This document shows, piece after piece, positions 49,971-58,416 of a DNA stretch of 64,000 bases (the first letter of the stretch is position 1; the number at the start of each line of letters is the position of its first letter). Location: UHGV virus genome UHGV-1455077. One strand, given 5' to 3'. Origin of the DNA: a virus. Below the pieces are notes generated by a model, which was not told the origin of the DNA, did not search any database, and worked only from the letters and a program-made list of their open reading frames with translations. Made by a program: the position numbers and the translations under genes.

Positions 49971-50363
49971 AAGTTCATAAGGAGTTACCATTAGTCCTTA
50001 AATCACAATCATAATGGCGTTAGAATATCACGAGACGATATTTGGTTTGTAGTTATCCAGAACTATAATGTCACAATACGGACATTTCGTAAATTTAAAA
50101 ACTGTATTGCGTGGCTGATTACCCATACCATTACGACAAGATGGTTAAAAAATTTAGGTTAAAATGTGATTCCTATAAATCAAAAAAGACATTCTTTTAC
50201 TATTTTAGAGTTAGAAAATAGCGTTCATAATTAGAGTGAAATTATCGGTGAATTTGATATTACATCGTGATAAAAAATATTGAAGGAAGGAAAACCGTGT
50301 TGAAACCTTATTTAATCATTGTTATAAATGATTCGTGGTGATTCAATAACTATTACGTGAATA

Positions 50364-50441
50364 TAGTTTTTAATAGGCTCGTGGTGTTAATGGTTGGCAC
50401 GTTCGCCTGATAAGCGAGAGGTTTGTGAGTTCGAATCTCAC
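50364..50441 (+). tRNA. tRNA-Ile (GAT)
   Basis: Acceptor AGGCTCG/CGAGCCT. Anticodon stem TTCGC/GCGAG with loop CTGATAA. T arm GTGAGTTCGAATCTCAC. ACCA at the 3' end. Confidence 0.75.
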
Positions 50442-50487
50442 CGAGCCTACCAAATTAAAATTAATTTTTTGTGGGAGTATAAAATAA

Positions 50488-50700
50488 ATGCCAATGGAAA
50501 AGAAAGTTCTTACACAGGAAGAAAAAGAACTTAAAAAGAAAGAACAAGAATTTAATAAACATATGAATCAAGTATGGAAGCTAAGACCATATAAAATTAA
50601 TGGAATTTCTAAGAATGTTGGTAAAGCTCCAAAATGTAATACAAAAGTTAAAACTGAAAGACCAGTTGAAATGGTAAATCAGAAAAAGAAAAAGAAGTAA
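50488..50700 (+). CDS. small lysine-rich protein
   Basis: 70 aa ORF, K-rich at the C-terminus. Confidence 0.35.
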   Translation: MPMEKKVLTQEEKELKKKEQEFNKHMNQVWKLRPYKINGISKNVGKAPKCNTKVKTERPVEMVNQKKKKK

Positions 50701-50841
50701 TTAAAAAATATTTTTAATCGAAATTGAGTAAATCTTGAATATTTTATATTTGCAAGATAAATGCGATAGAGTAGCGAGAATCGAACGCTTGTAACAAATG
50801 TTCGGCTGTTAGAGTTCAGTATAAAAACTCATTTTTCTTAT

Positions 50842-50921
50842 TCTCTGGTAGCTAAACTGGTTGTAGCGGCGGTCTTATAAACCGTGTCTTTATGTGAGTT
50901 CAAGTCTCATCCAGAGAACCA
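50842..50921 (+). tRNA. tRNA-Ile (TAT), reads AUA (possibly a modified Ile2-type or Met-like tRNA)
   Basis: Acceptor TCTCTGG/CCAGAGA. D arm GCTA AACTGGTTG TAGC. Anticodon stem GCGGT/ACCGT with loop CTTATAA. T arm GTGAGTTCAAGTCTCAT. ACCA at the 3' end. Confidence 0.6.
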
Positions 50922-51319
50922 TTTTAAAAAATTTTTCAGAAATATATAAAATGGAACAAATGCTAGATAGTTCAATTCTATCAATCTTGTTAAAGATAAA
51001 GGACGGTATTTGAAAAGGTTTGAAGCCCATTATATTACTGAAATTTGGTTCAGACAATATCCATACAGCCGTATAACGTGTGGTGAGCCAATTAATTTAT
51101 GGGTCGCTCCCAATTAACGAATGGGTCTGATGACTTTTATAATTTTTCAATAAGAAAAAGTGTTGCAACAACCATTGATATAAAATCGTTTGCTAACAAG
51201 TTCGTGTATATCATATATGGTTAATAATGTTAGAGGAATAATTTGATATTTTGACTATGTAGAAAATATCCGATAGATTGGATAATCTTCATAAATCATT
51301 CGTTAAGTGATTATTTTAA

Positions 51320-51392
51320 TGCGGAATAGAGCAGAGGTAGCTTAACTGGCTCATAACCAGGAGGTCGGGCGGTTCGAATCCCCCTTCCGCAA
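51320..51392 (+). tRNA. tRNA-Met/Ile2 type (CAT), no encoded CCA
   Basis: Acceptor TGCGGAA/TTCCGCA is perfect. Anticodon stem CTGG/CCAG with loop CTCATAA. T arm GGCGG TTCGAAT CCCCC with one C-C mismatch. It ends ...A ACA. Confidence 0.55.
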
Positions 51393-51497
51393 CATCTAAC
51401 AAAAGCAAAACCTTTACGTGGTGTTAGATATAAGTAATTCGATTTGAATGAAACCAATTTGCTTAATTATTGAAAAATAGATATTTAAGGTTCAATA

Positions 51498-52163
51498 ATG
51501 TATTACCTAATTTATAAAATAACTAATAATGTAAATAATAAAATCTATATTGGAAAACATCAAACGGAAAATAAAGATGATGATTATATGGGTTCTGGAA
51601 AAATAATAAAAAGAGCTATTGAAAAATATGGTATAGATAAATTTACAAAAGAAATATTATATGAATGTAATTCATTAGAAGAAATGAATGAAAAAGAAGC
51701 AGAAATTGTTGATGAAGAATTTGTTGTTCGTTTAGATACATATAATATTAAATTAGGTGGTCAAGGTGGATGGGATTATGTCCATAAATATACTGATTGG
51801 AATGGATTTAAATATATAAATTCACAAAAGTTAAATAATAAATCGAATCAGTATAAAATATCTGCTGAAAAACTTAAAAATGATGAAAAATATGCAAAAG
51901 AATTTTCTTTAAAAATTTCTAATGGATTAAAATTATATTACCAATTACATAATAATCCATTTAAAGGGAAAAAACATACAATTGAATCAAAAATAAAAAT
52001 TGGTAAAGCAAATGCTATTAAACAAGCTGGTGAAGGAAATTCCAATTATGGAAAATGTTGGATTTATAATGAAGAATTAAAAGAAAATAAATCTATTAAA
52101 AAAGAAAATTTACAATCTTGGTTAGAGAAAGGTTGGAAAAAAGGGAGAAAAATGAAATTTTAA
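51498..52163 (+). CDS. GIY-YIG homing endonuclease (I-TevI/Seg-like)
   Basis: MYYLIYKITNNVNNKIYIGKH...YMGSGKIIKRAIEKYG is the canonical GIY-(10)-YIG module followed by R and E. A basic, DNA-binding-like C-terminus follows. It is embedded between tRNA genes. Confidence 0.7.
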   Translation: MYYLIYKITNNVNNKIYIGKHQTENKDDDYMGSGKIIKRAIEKYGIDKFTKEILYECNSLEEMNEKEAEIVDEEFVVRLDTYNIKLGGQGGWDYVHKYTDWNGFKYINSQKLNNKSNQYKISAEKLKNDEKYAKEFSLKISNGLKLYYQLHNNPFKGKKHTIESKIKIGKANAIKQAGEGNSNYGKCWIYNEELKENKSIKKENLQSWLEKGWKKGRKMKF

Positions 52164-52284
52164 ATTATTTATATAATTTAATTTTTTACTGGTAGGTACG
52201 AAGATAGCTCAAATACCTCGTTAAACTAAATAGTCGTGCTATCCGCAAACCTTTAGGAAGTAAATGGCGTTATAAGTAACTTCC

Positions 52285-52359
52285 TGTTTATAATGGCAAT
52301 GTAGTGAAAAGGTTATCACGACTGACTCATATTCAGTAATTTCAAGTTCGATTCTTGAC
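52285..52359 (+). tRNA. tRNA-Met (CAT), second copy, different sequence
   Basis: Acceptor GGCAATG/CATTGCT. D arm GTGA AAAGGTTA TCAC. Anticodon stem ACTGA/TCAGT with loop CTCATAT. T arm TCAAGTTCGATTCTTGA. ACCA at the 3' end. Confidence 0.7.
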
Positions 52360-52399
52360 ATTGCTACCATTCATTATTAACTTGTGGGATATTAATTTA

Positions 52400-53563
52400 A
52401 TGACAAATTACATTATAAATAATAATATCGTCAGAATTTTTGGCGAAGATGAAATCAATATTAAACCAGAAATTCCATTAGGAACATATTTGGTTAAAGA
52501 AAATGAATTAACAGGTGAATTGTTTTTAGAAAGAACAGCAGATTTTGTAAAGCCTGAAAAAATATATGGAGAATGTGAATTCCAATCTGAACGAATTATT
52601 AAAACATTTAAAGACAGACCTAATAATACTGGAGTTCTTTTAAATGGTGCAAAAGGTTCAGGAAAAACATTTTTAACTAAGTATATTTCCTATAAGCTTT
52701 TAAAAGATAATTATCCAACAATAATTATTAATGATATATTTAGTCCAACAAAGTTATCTTTATTAATTCAAACAATTAGTGAACCTTGTGTCATTATTTT
52801 TGATGAATTTGAAAAAATTTATCAATCAAATAAAAAAGATGATTTGCAAAACCCACAGAATGGTTTACTTTCATTGCTTGATGGTTTATTTCAAACTAAA
52901 AAGCTATTCATCTTTACTTGTAATGATGATAGTAATATTTCAGATTTGATGAAGAATAGACCTGGTAGAATTTTTTATAAATTGGAATTTAAAGGAATTA
53001 CTGAAAAAACAATTGAAGAATATTGTGAAGAAAAATTAAATAATAAATCATATATTTCTCAAATTTTTAGTATTCGTAAAATGATTAAAGATTTTACCTT
53101 TGATATTTTACAAGCAATTGTTGAAGAAGTTAATCGTTATAATGAAACTCCTTTAGATGTTGTTAAAATGCTTAATGTAACTCCAGAATCTTTATATGCA
53201 AAATATACTGTATCAATTAAGCCATTAAAGAATCAACAAATTGTAAAATTTGAAAAATCTTTATGGGTAAATCCATTATCTTCAGAAGAAGAATCAGTAT
53301 GGATTTATAGAACTAAAACATCAAATGCAGATGATAATAAATATGTTGTTGAAGACGAGGATATTAAAATTTGTGAGCTTAGTTGTGAAACTGATGATGA
53401 TGAAGATAATAATGTTAAAACAGTTACTGATTATTTTCCAGTATCATTGCTTACAATGGTATCATCTAACAAAAATACTTATGTGTATCAGAATGAAGAA
53501 TATCAGGTTACTTTAACTAAAAAGATTATTGATACTGATGATATGTGGAAGTATGCATTTTAA
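52400..53563 (+). CDS. AAA+ family ATPase
   Basis: Walker A LLNGAKGSGKTFLT and Walker B IIFDEFEKI are present. The start is set to the ATG at 52400, because the 52355 start of the ORF track lies inside tRNA-Met. Confidence 0.5.
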   Translation: MTNYIINNNIVRIFGEDEINIKPEIPLGTYLVKENELTGELFLERTADFVKPEKIYGECEFQSERIIKTFKDRPNNTGVLLNGAKGSGKTFLTKYISYKLLKDNYPTIIINDIFSPTKLSLLIQTISEPCVIIFDEFEKIYQSNKKDDLQNPQNGLLSLLDGLFQTKKLFIFTCNDDSNISDLMKNRPGRIFYKLEFKGITEKTIEEYCEEKLNNKSYISQIFSIRKMIKDFTFDILQAIVEEVNRYNETPLDVVKMLNVTPESLYAKYTVSIKPLKNQQIVKFEKSLWVNPLSSEEESVWIYRTKTSNADDNKYVVEDEDIKICELSCETDDDEDNNVKTVTDYFPVSLLTMVSSNKNTYVYQNEEYQVTLTKKIIDTDDMWKYAF

Positions 53564-53743
53564 AAAATTATTGACATATAAAAAATATTATGTTAATTGT
53601 TATAACAAAAGGGAAAATAAAAAACGCCCCTCTGTTAGAAATATATGAGTAGAAATAACAAGTCGTTAAGAAGATTCGCCTTATCTAACAAGGTTAAAGA
53701 GTTTTTTCCTAAAGATGATTTAGGTTTGATGATAAATCAGTAA

Positions 53744-53772
53744 AAAATATATTGACATATGTTAATTATTAT
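53744..53772 (+). promoter_or_regulatory. sigma70-like promoter
   Basis: TATTGACA, a 17-nt spacer and TATATT. Confidence 0.4.
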
Positions 53773-54347
53773 GATATATTTAATTATATTTTAATTTTAA
53801 GTAATATATTAAAATCATTTAATAATTGGTTGGCAAGACCAATAGGATGCCTTTTTAAGGCAATGAAAGTAAAATCTTTCTTTTAATATATGAAGATAAA
53901 TTATGTCGTGAATGATTTAGTCGGAGAGATAAGCGACTAAGATAAAATAAAAAAATCTCAAATTCCATAGACGTATGGACGGCATAATAAATTAAATTGT
54001 TGTAACTCAAACAATGGGTAGCCTGCCCATAAGAGTATGCTGGATAATCTGAAAAGATTTGAAGGTAGTTGTGAGTAATACGAATCATAAGGTTGAAATA
54101 GCCACGGTTGGCTAACCGTGAGTGACGTAAGAACCAGACAAATCGTACAGATGAATAGGTCTGATGGCTGTATCTGGTTGGGAGTAGTCATTCTCCCCAT
54201 CCATTAAGCAAAGGAGTAATTAACCTTTGTGGGTGTGACTGAATAATGTGTCGTATGAGGGGCTTGTTGGTAGTCAGGAGTCCAACCAATAATTTAATTT
54301 TAACAGTTTGTGGCAGTCGTTCTGTTTAAAAACTCTGCCTTTTTAAA

Positions 54348-54380
54348 CAAACAGATAGTGATTATTAGATTTACATAGTT
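54348..54380 (+). ncRNA. minimal member of the ATAGTGA...TTTACATAG element family (leader plus T-hairpin only)
   Basis: AGATAGTGATTATTAGATTTACATAG TTCGATTC TAT. Confidence 0.3.
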
Positions 54381-54475
54381 CGATTCTATATTTTTTCATA
54401 TAAAAAGGAAAAATGCCAAAAGGGTGGCGTTTACAATCTAATGAATTTTCTTCTGTTTATTTAAAAATTTTCGAT

Positions 54476-54540
54476 AGTGAGTATAAGATTTACATAGACC
54501 AGACTTTTAATCTGACATTTACAAAATCTTATAGATTGTT
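54476..54540 (+). ncRNA. family member with a Lys-like anticodon hairpin (CAGA CTTTTAA TCTG) but no T arm
   Basis: CGATAGTGAGTATAAGATTTACATAGACCAGACTTTTAATCTGACATTTACAAAATCTTATAG. Confidence 0.3.
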
Positions 54541-54560
54541 CTTCGAATTAATACTTTTTT

Positions 54561-54678
54561 GTGAATAGTGAGATATTAGGTTTACATAGCTAAAGTGGTT
54601 AAAGCATTTGACTTGAAATCAAAGTATTGTAGGTTCGATTCCTACTGTAATTTTAACTTAATAAAATGTTCTTTCACA
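54561..54678 (+). ncRNA. Y-RNA-like candidate: leader GTGAATAGTGAG, an embedded cloverleaf tRNA mimic (54580-54653, anticodon-loop TGA, acceptor GTTTACA/TGTAATT, no CCA) and a 3' strand TTCTTTCAC that can pair with the leader
   Basis: D arm GCT AAAGTGGTTAA AGC. Anticodon stem TTTGA/TCAAA with loop CTTGAAA. T arm GTAGG TTCGATT CCTAC. A canonical tRNA-Ser(TGA) is present separately at 54728. Confidence 0.4.
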
Positions 54679-54727
54679 AATTTAATTATTTGACACTTTA
54701 TTATAAATGTTATATAAATAATAATAT

Positions 54728-54813
54728 GGAAGGTAACTGGCTGGATGAAGACACCGACTTGAAATCGGCTGGGCGTAACTGCTTTGGGGGTTCGAGTCCC
54801 TCACCTTCCGCCA
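54728..54813 (+). tRNA. tRNA-Ser (TGA), class II
   Basis: Acceptor GGAAGGT/ACCTTCC. Anticodon stem CCGA/TCGG with loop CTTGAAA. Long variable arm. T arm GGGGGTTCGAGTCCCTC. GCCA at the 3' end. Confidence 0.8.
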
Positions 54814-54820
54814 TTTTTAT

Positions 54821-55513
54821 TTGGTATTGTGGGATATGATAAAAGTAAGTAGAAAAGAATACGAAAATAATCCAGAAAAATATATTATATATTGTACAAA
54901 ATGTAAAAAACCAATAATATTTAAAGATTATAGACATTATTGTGATAGAGTTAATAAAATTAATATTAGACATCATCAACCATTTTGTTCAAAAGAATGC
55001 TCATATGAATATCATAGATTATTTACAAATAAAGGAATTTGTGATTTTTGTGGTAAAGAGTTTATTAGACAAAATGTTTATGGGGATAAAAGACAAAAAC
55101 ATACATTTTGTTCACAAAAATGTTCTGCAAAATATTTTAATAGTCATAAAAAATTTGGTTATAGAAAATCAAAAGCTGAAGAATATATTGTAAGTCAATT
55201 AAAAAAAAGATTATCCGTATTTAAATATTAAAGAAAATGATGTATCAACAATAGGTAAAGAACTTGATATTTATTTACCAGATTTAAATTTAGCATTTGA
55301 AATTAATGGTATAGTTCATTATAAACCTATATATGGAAAAGAAAAGTTAAATAAAATACAAAATAATGATTTTTTTAAAAAAGAATTATGTGAAAGTAAA
55401 AATATTTTATTGACAATAATTAATATAAGTGATATAAAAGTATTTAAAGAGAATTTAATTATAAATAAATATAATTACATTAAAGAAATTATAAGTAATA
55501 CAATGCCACGATA
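54821..55513 (+). pseudogene. Split homing-endonuclease-like gene: the 54821-55231 ORF (Cys/His-rich zinc-finger N-domain) and a +1-frame continuation 55203-55513 (DUF559/Vsr-like PD-(D/E)XK nuclease motif), joined at an A8 homopolymer
   Basis: Frame 0 ends ...QLKKRLSVFKY*. Frame +1 reads KKDYPYLNIKENDVSTIGKELDIYLPDLNLAFEINGIVHYKPIYGKEKL... The D.YLP...LA.E..G..H motif is typical of the endonuclease-domain (DUF559) family. The run AAAAAAAA at 55201-55208 is the junction. Confidence 0.5.
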
Positions 55514-55580
55514 GCTCAACTGGCAGAGCAACCGATTTGTAATCGGTAGGTTGGGGATTCGACTTCCTCTCGTGGCACCA
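55505..55580 (+). tRNA. tRNA-Thr (TGT)
   Basis: Acceptor GCCACGA/TCGTGGC. D arm GCTC AACTGGCA GAGC. Anticodon stem ACCGA/TCGGT with loop TTTGTAA. T arm GGGGATTCGACTTCCTC. ACCA at the 3' end. Confidence 0.8.
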
Positions 55581-55711
55581 GATTTTAATAAGCTCCCCCG
55601 CTAAAGATACTTTGTGTATACAGCGAATATGGGTCAAAGTTTAAACTTTGCATTAAATTATAATAATTGTACAATAAAAAATTATGTGAGCATTTTTTAA
55701 TTTTGTATGGT

Positions 55712-55745
55712 AATAGTGACTTAAAGAATTACATAGATAACTGAT
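55712..55745 (+). ncRNA. leader-motif copy (AATAGTGACTTAAAGAATTACATAG) with no recognisable tRNA body
   Basis: It matches the family consensus ATAGTGA-N(9-12)-TTACATAG. Confidence 0.25.
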
Positions 55746-55805
55746 TATTGTCTGCCAAAACAAGAAATTCTTTAAAATTATTCTTTACCATTTAAACTAT
55801 TTTAG

Positions 55806-55877
55806 CAATAGTGAGAAAAGGATTTACATAGGTTTGTAACCCGTTGGTAATTGGTTCGAATCCAATCAAGTAATTGA
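55806..55877 (+). ncRNA. tRNA-like 3'-half module with leader (GCAATAGTGAGAAAAGGATTTACATAG ... ATTGG TTCGAAT CCAAT CAAGTAA)
   Basis: It parallels the 45876 module: leader, mini-hairpin GGTT tgt AACC, T arm and acceptor 3' strand. The complementary TTATTTG strand follows at 55886. Confidence 0.35.
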
Positions 55878-55885
55878 AATATATT

Positions 55886-55910
55886 ATTTGTAGCTCATTG
55901 GTAGAGCAAC
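55886..55910 (+). ncRNA. second copy of the tRNA 5'-half-like element (TTATTTG TA GCTCATTGGTAGAGCA ACG)
   Basis: 21 nt are identical to 45955-45975. The downstream sequence is A-rich and contains TTATGTTCTTT, as in copy 1. Confidence 0.35.
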
Positions 55911-55954
55911 GATAAAAAATAATCCTTTATTATGTTCTTTGCTAACAAATATTT

Positions 55955-56070
55955 GGTGATAGTGATTAATTAGGTTTACATAGCTTAATGGTTAGAGCAT
56001 TGATTTAACACATCAAACGTTACAGGTTCAACTCCTGTTGTAATTAATACCTAATTTACTATTCTTCACC
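55955..56070 (+). ncRNA. Y-RNA-like candidate directly upstream of the Ro60/Rsr operon: a long terminal stem (5' GGTGA.TAGTGA.TTAATTAGG / 3' CCTAATT.ACTAT.TCACC with bulges) enclosing a cloverleaf tRNA mimic (55974-56046; acceptor GTTTACA/TGTAATT, anticodon-loop AAC, no CCA)
   Basis: D arm GCTT AATGGTTA GAGC. Anticodon stem TTGAT/ATCAA with loop TTAACAC. T arm ACAGG TTCAACT CCTGT. It is followed by the strong terminator at 56089. Confidence 0.45.
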
Positions 56071-56088
56071 AGTTCAATTTTGCACCCA

Positions 56089-56121
56089 AGAACATATGTT
56101 CTTGGGTATTTTTTTATATAA
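56089..56121 (+). terminator. rho-independent terminator
   Basis: ACCCAAGAACAT ATGTTCTTGGGT followed by ATTTTTTT. Confidence 0.7.
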
Positions 56122-56126
56122 GTTAT

Positions 56127-56156
56127 TGACAAATCATCTATAAATGAAGTATATTA
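56127..56156 (+). promoter_or_regulatory. sigma70-like promoter of the Ro60 operon
   Basis: GTTATTGACA, an 18-nt spacer and TATATT, upstream of 56182. Confidence 0.5.
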
Positions 56157-56181
56157 ATAAAAAACGTAAAAAGAGGTAAAA

Positions 56182-56481
56182 ATGAGCTATATTACAAATG
56201 AAGATGAACATCAACATATGACATTGTTTGTCTATTTTCCTTGTTCATTAGGTTATGAATGTGCAAAAATTATATTGCAACCTGGTGAGAAATTTTTTGC
56301 TAATGATGATGAAATTATTATGAAAATAGATAATAATAAAAATCCATTAAATAAAGATTTTGTAGGAATTAAAAACGGTGTTTTATATGCTGTTGGTCAA
56401 GAAATATATAAATTAGGAATGTTTAGAGAAAAACCTAAACAAATGACATTTGCCACGACAATGTTTAAATATACAGAATAA
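56182..56481 (+). CDS. hypothetical protein
   Basis: 99 aa ORF with an AAGAGGTAAAAATG SD. Confidence 0.4.
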   Translation: MSYITNEDEHQHMTLFVYFPCSLGYECAKIILQPGEKFFANDDEIIMKIDNNKNPLNKDFVGIKNGVLYAVGQEIYKLGMFREKPKQMTFATTMFKYTE

Positions 56482-56505
56482 ATTAATTATAAGGATTAAT
56501 AAATT

Positions 56506-56688
56506 ATGGATTATAATGAAGAATGGACTTTAGCTGATATTGATAATAATCACGATACACAGATGCTCAATGAATATTTTTCACAAAAAAGTATTAAAGA
56601 AAGAATATTAGAAAATAAAGAAAAATATCGTGCAGAACAAATACTTAAAACTAAAATGATTAAAGAAAATTTAGGTCAAAAAAGATAA
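56506..56688 (+). CDS. small hypothetical protein
   Basis: 60 aa ORF. Confidence 0.35.
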   Translation: MDYNEEWTLADIDNNHDTQMLNEYFSQKSIKERILENKEKYRAEQILKTKMIKENLGQKR

Positions 56689-56760
56689 AAAAAGTAGTTG
56701 ACTAATAAAACTAAAAATGTTATAAAAACAATGTAAAATTAACTTATGGAGTGTTGAAAA

Positions 56761-58047
56761 ATGAAAACAAATAAAGCTGAAAAGAAACCAGCAATTTACA
56801 CTAATGAAGGTGGTAAAGCATCTCATATTAGTGATTTAGAAGAATTGAAAAGAGCAACAATGTCTTGTTTGCTTTGGGAAGATAACTTCTATGAAGATGG
56901 TGTATCAATTGCTGACAGAATTACCTCTTTAGTTAAAAATTGTATTGATAAAGGTCATTATGATGATGTAATTGATATTTTGAAAACTGTAAAATTTGAT
57001 ATGAGATTACGTCATTGTCCATTGTGGATGATTGTTGCAATTTATAAAGCAGGTAAAACTATTGATAAGAATGTTATTGCATCTATTCTTACAAGACCAG
57101 ATGATATGGGAGAATTACTTTCTCTTTATCGTAAAGACCAAGCAAATGCACCTATTCCAAATGCTATGAAAAAAGCTATGGCTATTGCCATTACTAAATT
57201 TGATGAATATCAATTGGCTAAATGGAATCGTGATGCTAATTACAAATTGGTTGATATTGTAAACATTTGTCATCCACAAGTAACTGAAGCTATTGATAAG
57301 TTGGTTAAAGGAACTTTAGAAACTCCAAAAACTTGGGAAGTTCTTCTTTCTGCCGCTGGTTCTGATAAAGAAAAGAAAAAAGAAGCTTGGTTGGATTTGA
57401 TTGAAACTAATAAATTACCTGATATGGCTCTTTTGAAGAATATTCGTGGTATGTTGGATGTAGGTGTTTCTAAAAACACATTGGTTGACCGTATTAATAA
57501 TATTAAAAATGGTAGATTATTGCCAATTGATTATATTAGAGCGGCAAATACAAATCCATCATTGGAAAATGAAATTGAAAAGAAATTCTTAAATTGCTTT
57601 GAAAAACCTTCTTTGAATGGTAAGACTGCAATTTTAGTAGATGTGTCAGGTTCTATGGATGGAGAAAGATTAAATTATGCAAATGCATTAGCGATGATTG
57701 GTCGTGAAATGTGTGAAAATGTTGATATTTACTCATTCTCTAATGAAGTCAAATTCATTCCAAATCGTAGAGGATTTGCTTTAGCAGAAGCTATTGATAA
57801 ATCACAATACCATAATGGAACTTATATGTGGGATGCTATTAGTACAGTTGAAAAAGCTCATTACGATAGATTAATTGTTATTACTGATGAGCAAACAATG
57901 GGTATGCCACACAACGCAGTTATTAAAAATGCATACATTATTAATGTTGCACCATATAATAAAGGTGTTGGTTACAATAATGGTTACAAACATATTAATG
58001 GTTTTTCAGATAAAGTATTTAATTATATTACTGAAATTGAAAAATAA
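56761..58047 (+). CDS. rsr: Ro60/Rsr-like protein (TROVE-like N-terminal region plus C-terminal von Willebrand A domain)
   Basis: The vWA MIDAS motif is AILVDVSGSMDG, with downstream ...VITDEQT. The N-terminal segments LLWEDNFYEDG and DDVIDILKT...RLRHCPLWMIVAI resemble the Ro60 family (L.FGSEGGTYY ... EVI.EI ... P.LFALAIA). Confidence 0.55.
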   Translation: MKTNKAEKKPAIYTNEGGKASHISDLEELKRATMSCLLWEDNFYEDGVSIADRITSLVKNCIDKGHYDDVIDILKTVKFDMRLRHCPLWMIVAIYKAGKTIDKNVIASILTRPDDMGELLSLYRKDQANAPIPNAMKKAMAIAITKFDEYQLAKWNRDANYKLVDIVNICHPQVTEAIDKLVKGTLETPKTWEVLLSAAGSDKEKKKEAWLDLIETNKLPDMALLKNIRGMLDVGVSKNTLVDRINNIKNGRLLPIDYIRAANTNPSLENEIEKKFLNCFEKPSLNGKTAILVDVSGSMDGERLNYANALAMIGREMCENVDIYSFSNEVKFIPNRRGFALAEAIDKSQYHNGTYMWDAISTVEKAHYDRLIVITDEQTMGMPHNAVIKNAYIINVAPYNKGVGYNNGYKHINGFSDKVFNYITEIEK

Positions 58048-58416
58048 TTAAATAAATATAATAAACAAACCCGATAGGCTTCTTATTTAATGAGTAGTAT
58101 GGGTATATTGGTTAAAGTTAGACTTGCCCCCCTCTGCTACTCACATCAATAAATGCTTCTCGTTAGTCCACGAAGATTAACCGCCTAGATATTGATGAGT
58201 TTAAATACAGCACAATTATCTTTCTGGAATTGACCAGATAAGTTTATTAATATTCCTAGGTTCAATTAATAAATGGGTAGATTTATTTTTAACTTAATAA
58301 ATTCCAATCAAAAAATTTAATTATAAGTATTAAAATATAAGTTGGAGTTTAGTGTTAATTAATTTAACAAGAAGGATTGATTTCTTTCTTGTTAAATTAT
58401 TTTTGTGAAAAAGGAT

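Noticed and set aside
50755-50835. Possible minus-strand tRNA (TTCGATT on the reverse complement)
   Set aside because: The T-stem strands flanking the loop are not complementary, and no acceptor pairing is found.
53325-53516. 63-aa alternative-frame ORF inside the AAA ATPase gene
   Set aside because: Nested, low complexity.
53855-54200. Two small minus-strand ORFs in the 53.6-54.35 kb tract
   Set aside because: No RBS. The region looks like structured non-coding RNA rather than coding sequence.
54710-54979. 89-aa minus-strand ORF
   Set aside because: It overlaps tRNA-Ser(TGA) and the plus-strand zinc-finger ORF.
54942-55193. 83-aa ORF in an alternative frame of the zinc-finger ORF
   Set aside because: Nested frame artefact.
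55455-55637. 60-aa minus-strand ORF
   Set aside because: It lies across tRNA-Thr.
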